DNA of 41,682 bases from Thermoleophilia bacterium (GTDB taxonomy: Bacteria > Actinomycetota > Thermoleophilia > UBA2241): the NCBI GenBank assembly GCA_035517975.1, contig DATIYD010000239.1:1-41682 (forward strand). Direction: 5' to 3'. Below, piece by piece: positions 17,032 to 25,507 of this stretch. The notes under the pieces were generated by a model. That model did no database searches. It was not told the DNA's origin and saw only the letters and a list, made by a program, of their open reading frames with translations. Numbering within the stretch: position 1 is the first letter of the stretch; every line of letters starts with the position of its first letter. The position numbers were made by a program, and so were the translations under genes.

Positions 17032-18717
17032 CTAGTAAGCCCCGCGCCGGGCAACGACAGCGGGGATGGTACCGAGCAACAGCTTGATGTCCCAGCTCAG
17101 AGTCCAGCCGGTGACGTACATGTAGTCGAGCTTGACCATCTCGTCGAAGGGCACGTCGTTGCGACCGGTGACCTGCCACAGCCCGGTCATACCGGGCGTG
17201 ATATCGAGCCGCTTCTTGGTCCAGCCACGGCAACGCGCCGCCTCTTCGACCCAGAGCGGTCGCGGCCCCACGAGGCTCATCTCGCCGCGCAACACATTGA
17301 TGATCTGGGGCACCTCGTCGAGGCTCGACTTGCGCAGGAAGCCGCCCAGCCTGGTCGTGCGTGGGTCGTGCTTGATCTTGAACATCGGCCCGGAGTACTC
17401 GTTCTGGTCGGCCAGGTCGTGGCGGCGGTCGGCAGCGTCGACGTGCATAGAGCGCAACTTGTAGATGCGAAACACGCGGCCGCCGCGCCCCATGCGCTCC
17501 TGCCTGAAAAAGACCGGACCGCGCGAGTCGATCTTGATGGCCACCGCGAGCACGGCGAGCAGCGGAAGCGCGACCAGCATCAAGATGCCGCCGACCAGCA
17601 AGTCGAATGTGCGCTTGACGACCATGTTGAACCGCGACAGCTCGACGTGGGCGACTTCGAGCAGCGGTATGCCCTCGACGTCGTCCATCTCGGTCTGAGA
17701 GCTCAGGATCTCGAAGAGACGCGGCACGATGTTCACGCGCACGCCCCGGTTGGCGCAGGCGCGCACGATGTCGAGGATCTGCTGGTGGCGGGCGCGCGAG
17801 AAGGCGATGATGACCCGGGTCACGTCGTAGCAGGCGATGACGTCGTCGAGCTCTTCGAGGCTGCCGATGACCGGCACGGTAAGCGTGCGTCCGCCGAAGG
17901 GCTCGCCGTCGTCGAGATAGCCGACCAGCTGCAGGTTGTACTCGGGGTGCTTGGCGATCTTCTCGCCGAGAAGATGGCCCACGGCGCCGGCCCCCACGAT
18001 CAAGGTGCGCTCCGACAGCCGGGAAGACTGCCAGAAGGCCGCCCGGCCGATCGCGCGGCAGATCGGCACCGTGACGATTTCGGCGCCCCAGAACACCGCG
18101 ATGAACCCGAGTGAATCGGTCGATCCGGACGCCAGCAGCATCAGCACGAGAGCGCTCCAGGCAGCCACCGAGAGCGCGGTCAGACCGCGCAGGCCCTCGG
18201 AGAAGACCCAGCCGCTGATGCTGCGGGCCGAGCTGCGATAGAGGCCGTAGCCGTAGGCGACGAAGACCGTCCAAGGCACCATGAGCGCGGCGACCGGCAG
18301 AGACGGTCTGCGCTCGGCGTACTCGGCCAGCGAGCGTCCGAGGAACGGGACATGCGAGACGGCCGGCAACAGCGTCACGGCCACGACCAGGGCCACAGAG
18401 AGCGCGACGACGTCGCCGGCGAGCGTCACGAGGGCGCGCCGGCTGCCGACGGAGGGCGCCGCGCGGGCGGCGTCTTCGGCGAGCGGGACGACGCCCGCCT
18501 GCAGGACCCCACCGTCGACGGAGCGTGAGCCCGTCGCGTAGGTCTTCTTTACGATGTCGTTGGCCACGACACCGGGCCCCTCTCCGCCCGCCTCTTCGCC
18601 CACATGCACGAACCCACCGTTCCCACGCCGACCCCTGATCATCACCGTCACCCGCCGACGAGGCGGCCCACCGCCGCCAGAGAGTTCATCGGTGCGCGCG
18701 GTGTCGCGCTTGAGCAC
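17032..18717 (-). CDS. Polyprenyl-phosphate glycosyl-1-phosphate transferase (WbaP/EPS priming sugar transferase)
   Basis: Has N-terminal TM helices and a central Rossmann-like segment (TLIVGAGAVGHLL). The C-terminal bacterial sugar transferase domain reads KRTFDLLVGG...GPVFFRQERMGRGGRVFRIYKLRSM...LDEVPQIINVLRGEMSLVGPRP. The true start may lie downstream of 18717. Confidence 0.9.
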   Translation of the reverse strand: MLKRDTARTDELSGGGGPPRRRVTVMIRGRRGNGGFVHVGEEAGGEGPGVVANDIVKKTYATGSRSVDGGVLQAGVVPLAEDAARAAPSVGSRRALVTLAGDVVALSVALVVAVTLLPAVSHVPFLGRSLAEYAERRPSLPVAALMVPWTVFVAYGYGLYRSSARSISGWVFSEGLRGLTALSVAAWSALVLMLLASGSTDSLGFIAVFWGAEIVTVPICRAIGRAAFWQSSRLSERTLIVGAGAVGHLLGEKIAKHPEYNLQLVGYLDDGEPFGGRTLTVPVIGSLEELDDVIACYDVTRVIIAFSRARHQQILDIVRACANRGVRVNIVPRLFEILSSQTEMDDVEGIPLLEVAHVELSRFNMVVKRTFDLLVGGILMLVALPLLAVLAVAIKIDSRGPVFFRQERMGRGGRVFRIYKLRSMHVDAADRRHDLADQNEYSGPMFKIKHDPRTTRLGGFLRKSSLDEVPQIINVLRGEMSLVGPRPLWVEEAARCRGWTKKRLDITPGMTGLWQVTGRNDVPFDEMVKLDYMYVTGWTLSWDIKLLLGTIPAVVARRGAY

Positions 18718-18762
18718 GATCGCACCTGGTCGGCCACCAGTCGCCTCCCCCCGGACCCGGCA

Positions 18763-19536
18763 TCAGCAGCGTCGTTCCAGCCGCTCGATCGCGGTGGCAC
18801 GACCACCCTGGACGGCGACCACGACGGCGTTGATGCGCACGTCGCCCTCGGCCACCTCGAACTGCGCCGGCAGCTCAGAGAGGAAACGGCGCAGGATGAT
18901 CTCGCTGCGCACGCCGATGACCGAATCGCGCGGGCCGCACATGCCGACGTCGGTGATCGCCGCCGTGCCTCGCTCGCTCACGCGCTCGTCGGCGGTCTGC
19001 ACGTGGGTGTGCGTGCCGATGACCGCCGTGACCCGGCCGTCGAGGTACTGCGCCATGGCGACCTTCTCGCTCGTCGCCTCGGCGTGAAAGTCGACGACGA
19101 TGGTCTCCGACAGCGTCTGGGCTTCGTCGACGAGCGCGTCGACGATGCGAAACGGAGAGATGCCGACACCCGTGAAGACCTGTCCCATGAGGTTGACGAC
19201 GGCGATCTCGTCGCCGTCTCTCGTGGCGCGCACGGTCAGGCCACGGCCGGGGCTGGACGGCGGGAAGTTCGCCGGCCGCACGATGCGGTCGCTCGAGTCG
19301 AGGAACGGGTAGACCTCGCGCTGGCGCCAGATGTGGTTGCCCGTGGTGATCACGTCGACGCCGCCGGCAAGCAGCTTCTGGGCCAGCTTCGAGGTGATGC
19401 CGGCGCCGTTGGCGACGTTCTCGCCGTTGGCGATCACGAAATCGACCTCGTGCTCGGCCACGAGCGCGGGCAGCTCTCGCACGACGGCATCGCGGCCGGG
19501 CTGGCCGAACACGTCGCCCAAGAAGAGGATGTTCAC
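18763..19536 (-). CDS. ymdB: YmdB-family metallophosphoesterase (TIGR00282-like)
   Basis: 257 aa. MNILFLGDVFGQPGR...DFVIANGENVANGAGIT...VITTGNHIW...VDFHAEATSEK...GTHTHVQTAD shows the calcineurin-like metal-binding motifs. Confidence 0.85.
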   Translation of the reverse strand: MNILFLGDVFGQPGRDAVVRELPALVAEHEVDFVIANGENVANGAGITSKLAQKLLAGGVDVITTGNHIWRQREVYPFLDSSDRIVRPANFPPSSPGRGLTVRATRDGDEIAVVNLMGQVFTGVGISPFRIVDALVDEAQTLSETIVVDFHAEATSEKVAMAQYLDGRVTAVIGTHTHVQTADERVSERGTAAITDVGMCGPRDSVIGVRSEIILRRFLSELPAQFEVAEGDVRINAVVVAVQGGRATAIERLERRC

Positions 19537-19674
19537 GCTCGGCTCGTTTCCTTTCGCGCCCGTGGGCCGGTTGCCGGTGGCCGTAAGTCTACCCTGCCGG
19601 CAACGATGCGGACCGGCGCCGGGGCACGAGGCGGTGCTCCGCGGACGCCCCCCCCGGGGATACGCCGCGGTGCT

Positions 19675-21198
19675 TCAGGCCCCGAGCAGCAGCCGCACGG
19701 CCCCCTGCGCGGCGGCGATGACGGGTGCCGGGTAGACCCCGACGATCAGCACGCCGAGCACGGTGACCGCGGTCGCGGCCGAGATGCCGGTGTCGGCCGT
19801 GAGCAGCGCGGGCTGCTCGGCCCCCTGCTCGGCCTCGCGGAAGTACAGATACCACACGACGCGCAGGTAGTAGAACGCCGACACCGCGCTCATGATGACG
19901 GCGACGACGGCGAGCCAGGTCAGGTGAGCCGAGACCACGGCCGAGAAGACGAAGAACTTGGCCCAGAAGCCGGCGAGCGGCGGGATGCCGGTGAGCGAGA
20001 GCATGAACAGGGTGAGGGCGAGCGCCGTGAGCGGCATGGAGCGGCCCAGACCGGCCAGTTCGTCGAGCGTGTAGGCGAAGGGCCGGCGGTTGCGGATCAG
20101 CACGAGCACACCGAAGGCGCCGAGGTTCATGAAGGTGTAGGCCGCGAGGTAGAAGAGCACGGCGCCGGCGCCGGCCGAGTCGTGGCTGCGCCCGACGGCG
20201 ACCAGGCCGAGCAGCAGGTAGCCGGCATGAGCGATGCTCGAGTAGGCCAGCATGCGTTTGAGGTTGCGCTGCGGCAGGGCGAGCACGTTGCCGACGACCA
20301 TGGTCAGCACGGCCAGCACGATCAGCACGTTGGACATGCTCTGCGACGCGGGGATCAGCGCGAAGGCGACGAGGCGCAGGAAGCCGGCGAAGGCCCCGGC
20401 CTTGATGCCCACCGACATGAACGCGGTGACCGGCGTGGGGGCGCCTTCGTACACGTCGGGCGCCCAGCCGTGGAACGGCACGGCCGCGATCTTGAAGCCG
20501 AAGCCGGTCGCCACGAGCACGAGCGCGACCAGCAGCATGGCGTTGCGCGGGTCGGTCGCGCGGAGCGCGTGGTGGATCGTCTGGTACCACGTGGCCCCGG
20601 TCGCGCCGTAGACGAGCGCCAGGCCGAACGCCAGCACCGCCGCGGCAAAGGCGCCGTTCAGGAAGTATTTGATGGCGGCCTCGCCCGAGCGCCGGTCGCT
20701 GCGCAGCACGCCGGCCAGCACGTAGCTGGGCAGCGACATGAGCTCGAACGAGACGAGCAGCGCGATCAGGTCGGTCGAGATCGCCATGCCGATCATGCCG
20801 GCGATGATGAGCAGCAGCAGGCCGTAGAACTCGCCGGGCCTGATGCGATGCTGGGCGAGGTAGCCGTCGGAGAGCATGATGGTGATCACGCCGATGCCGC
20901 AGAACAGGACGGTGAAGAACAGGCCGTAGAGGTCGAGCCTCACCATGCCGCTGAAGCCGTACTGGCCCTGGCGCGCGTTCATGGCAAGGCCGCCGTCGAA
21001 CACCCGCCAGAGGGCGGCGCCGCCGGTCCAGGTCGTCCACTGACCGACGGCGACGGCGCCGGCGACGACGAGGCCGCCGGCGGCAAGCCAGGCGATCGGG
21101 CGTGAGCGCTGCCCCACGAACAGGTCGGCGACGAGCACGACGACCGCCGCCACCACCACGATCACGGCCGGCAGGATGAGGAAGATCGAGTTGTTCAT
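19675..21198 (-). CDS. nuoN: NADH-quinone oxidoreductase subunit N
   Basis: 507 aa polytopic antiporter-like protein, last gene of the nuo run. It abuts the nuoM stop with no spacer. Confidence 0.9.
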   Translation of the reverse strand: MNNSIFLILPAVIVVVAAVVVLVADLFVGQRSRPIAWLAAGGLVVAGAVAVGQWTTWTGGAALWRVFDGGLAMNARQGQYGFSGMVRLDLYGLFFTVLFCGIGVITIMLSDGYLAQHRIRPGEFYGLLLLIIAGMIGMAISTDLIALLVSFELMSLPSYVLAGVLRSDRRSGEAAIKYFLNGAFAAAVLAFGLALVYGATGATWYQTIHHALRATDPRNAMLLVALVLVATGFGFKIAAVPFHGWAPDVYEGAPTPVTAFMSVGIKAGAFAGFLRLVAFALIPASQSMSNVLIVLAVLTMVVGNVLALPQRNLKRMLAYSSIAHAGYLLLGLVAVGRSHDSAGAGAVLFYLAAYTFMNLGAFGVLVLIRNRRPFAYTLDELAGLGRSMPLTALALTLFMLSLTGIPPLAGFWAKFFVFSAVVSAHLTWLAVVAVIMSAVSAFYYLRVVWYLYFREAEQGAEQPALLTADTGISAATAVTVLGVLIVGVYPAPVIAAAQGAVRLLLGA

Positions 21199-22787
<1,589 letters not shown>

Positions 22788-22788
<1 letters not shown>

Positions 22789-24683
22789 TAGGCCCCCCAC
22801 ACGTACCGGATGACGATGATGAGCACGAACAGGCCGCCGAAGACGCCGAAGGCATAGCTCTGGGCGCGGCCCGTCTGCAGCGGCCGCAGGGCGCGGCCGA
22901 AGGCGCCCCAGACCCAGGCCAGGCCGTTGACCGCGCCGTCGATGACCTTGACGTCGACGAACGTCCACAGCCACATGGCGAAGCCCATGACCGGGCGGAT
23001 CACGGCCGCGTCGTAGACCTCGTCCATGTAGAACTTGTGGTACGAAGCCTCATAGGCCCACGGCACGCGGGCGGCGGCCCTCGCCGGCACCTCGGGCCGC
23101 CGCAGGTAGGCCACGTAGGCCGTGGAGATGCCCAGCACGACGACGACGAGAGAGACCGCCATGAGGGCGCCGCCGCTGCCGGCCCAGGCGAAGTGCTCGT
23201 TCTCGACGCCGAAGAACACCGGCTGCAGGAACGTGTGCAGCCAGCCGGTGTCGGGCGGCAGACCGATCACCAGACCGAGCACGGCCGCCGGGACGGCCAG
23301 GATCACGAGCGGCACCGTCATGACACGCGGCGACTCGTGGATGTGGTCCTGGACCTCGGCGCTCGCCCGGCTTTCACCCCAGAAGGTGAGGAACATGAGG
23401 CGGAACATGAACAGCGCCGTCACGAAGGCGGTGATGATGCCGATCGCCCAGATGACGTAGTAGTGGGCCGCGAAGTCGCCGCCGAGGATCTCGTCCTTGG
23501 CCCAGAACCCGGCGAACGGGAACAGGCCGACGTTGGCCAGGGCGCCGATCAGCATGGTCCAGAAGGTGATGGGCAGCTTCTTGCGCAGACCGCCCATGCG
23601 CCGCATGTCCTGCTCGCCCGACATCGAGTGGATCACCGAGCCCGAACCCAGGAACAGCAGGCCCTTGAAGAAGCCGTGGGCGAACAGGTAGAAGATGGCG
23701 GCCACCCAGGCCCCGGCGCCCAGGGCCATGAACATGAAGCCGAGCGACGAGATGGTCGAGTAGGCGATCACCTTCTTGATGTCGTTCTGGGTGAGGGCGA
23801 TACAGGCCGCGTAGATGGCCGTGAAGGTGCCCACGCACATGACCACCAGCATGGCGGTGTGGGAGTGGCTCACGAGCGGGTAGCTGCGCGCAATGATGTA
23901 GACGCCGGCGTTGACCATGGTGGCGGCATGGATCAGGGCGCTGACCGGGGTCGGGCCCTCCATGGCGTCGGGCAGCCAGACGTGCAGCGGGAACTGGGCG
24001 CTCTTGCCCACCGCCCCGACGAAGAGCAGCAGGCTGATCCAGGTGACCAGGCCCGGGCTCACGTGCGGCACGGCGGCGAAGACCTTGCCGAACTGCAGCG
24101 AGCCGAAGGTGGTGAACATGAGGAACAGGCCCAGGGTGAAGCCCCAGTCGCCCACCCTGTTGACCAGGAAGGCCTTCTTGCCGGCCTGCGAGGCGCTCTT
24201 CTTCTGGAACCAGAACGAGATCAGCAGGTACGAGCACAGCCCCACGCCCTCCCAGCCCAGGAAGACCAGCAGGTAGTTGTTGGCCAGGATGAGCGTGAAC
24301 ATGGCGAACATGAAGAGGTTGAGGTAGGCGAAGAAGCGGTAGTAGCCCCCGTCGCCGCGCATGTAGCCGATCGAGTAGTAGTGCACGAGCATGCCGATGG
24401 TGCTCACGACGATCAGCATGACGGCGGCCAGCGAGTCGACGAGGTAGCCCCACTGCACGTGGAAGCTGCCGGCCGACACCCAGGTGAAAAGGTTGAAGTC
24501 GATCGTCTTGGTGTGCGCCCCGAAGACGTGGGCCACGACGATCATGCTGAGCACCCACGAGCCGGTCACGGCCACGAGCGAGATGAGCTCGGGCCGTCGC
24601 TTGAGCGGCCCGTTGCCGAGCAGCAGGGTCGCGACGAAGCCGGCCAGCGGCAGCAGCGGGATCAGGGCGATGATGGTGTGCAC
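22788..24683 (-). CDS. nuoL: NADH-quinone oxidoreductase subunit L
   Basis: 631 aa. MHTIIALIPLLPLAGF..., an antiporter-like core plus a long C-terminal amphipathic/TM extension. GTG start at 24681-24683. Confidence 0.92.
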
Positions 24684-24692
24684 GGCCGCCCC

Positions 24693-25001
24693 CTAGCCCT
24701 TCATCTCGCTGAACTCGTCGGCCTGCACCGAGCGGCGGTTGCGGTAGTTGGCGACGATGATGGCGAGCCCGACCGTGACCTCGGCGGCGGCCAGCGTGAT
24801 GATGAAGAGCACGAAGAAGGTGCCGCGCCCGGCCGCGCCCGGGATGAAATCGGCAAAGGCTGCGAGGGCGATGTTGACGGCGTTCAGCATGAGCTCGAGG
24901 CTCATCACGATGAGAATGACGTTGCGCCGCGCGAGCACACCGTAGGCGCCGATGCAGAACAGACCGACGGCGAGGGTCAGATACCAGTCGACGGGGCTCA
25001 C
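24693..25001 (-). CDS. nuoK: NADH-quinone oxidoreductase subunit K
   Basis: About 102 aa: VSPVDWYLTLAVGLFCIGAYGVLARRNVILIVMSLELMLNAVN... The GTG overlaps the nuoJ TGA (GTGA). The track ORF 24693..25460 is over-extended. Confidence 0.9.
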   Translation of the reverse strand: MSPVDWYLTLAVGLFCIGAYGVLARRNVILIVMSLELMLNAVNIALAAFADFIPGAAGRGTFFVLFIITLAAAEVTVGLAIIVANYRNRRSVQADEFSEMKG

Positions 25002-25507
25002 GGCTGATCCTCCCTGCGCGCCAGCACGATGGCGCCGATCATCGCGGCCAGCAGGACGAACGAGACGAGCTCGAACGGAAAGACGTAGCCGTTGAAGAGC
25101 CCGCTGGCGATCGCGGCCAGGGAGACGTTGTGGGCCTGCGAGCCGTTGGGCAGCATCTTCGAGGTCACGAGGACCACGGTGAGCACGACAAACATGGCCA
25201 CCGCCAGCGGCAGGGCGAAGATCGCCTGACGGTTGAAGAAGAAGCCCAGCGGCGCGTGGTGCTGCTCGGTCAGCATGATCGCGAAGAGCACGACCACCGA
25301 GATCGCGCCCACGTAGATCAGGATCTGGATGACGGCGAGCAGACCGGCGGCGAGCAGCACGTAGGCGGCCGCCACGCCGAGGAAGCAGAGCACCATGGCC
25401 ATCGCCGAATGGACGATGTTGCGGAAGGCCACGACGCCGAGCCCGCAGACCAGCACCCACACCGCGACGATCACGAACAGGACCGGATGGAAATCGCCGT
25501 GCGGCAT
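24998..25507 (-). CDS. nuoJ: NADH-quinone oxidoreductase subunit J
   Basis: 169 aa: MPHGDFHPVLFVIVAVWVLVCGLGVVAFRNIVHSAMAMVLCFLGVAAAYVLL... ATG at 25505-25507 overlaps the upstream stop by 1 nt. Confidence 0.9.
   Translation of the reverse strand: MPHGDFHPVLFVIVAVWVLVCGLGVVAFRNIVHSAMAMVLCFLGVAAAYVLLAAGLLAVIQILIYVGAISVVVLFAIMLTEQHHAPLGFFFNRQAIFALPLAVAMFVVLTVVLVTSKMLPNGSQAHNVSLAAIASGLFNGYVFPFELVSFVLLAAMIGAIVLARREDQP

Noticed and set aside
19537-19674. Rho-independent terminator after nuoN
   Set aside because: Only an 8-bp stem (gttgccgg/ccggcaac) with a 19-nt loop and a self-complementary ccgcgg pair are present. There is no U-tract, so the evidence is too weak to call.
18604-21105. 833-aa plus-strand ORF, and similar long ORFs 21220..22791, 23037..25007, 28896..30830 and 30851..31984
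   Set aside because: They are antisense to ymdB and the nuo genes. They are extremely rich in Arg, Gly, Asp, His, Glu and Ala, have no motifs, and show the wrong third-position bias. They are typical high-GC shadow ORFs.
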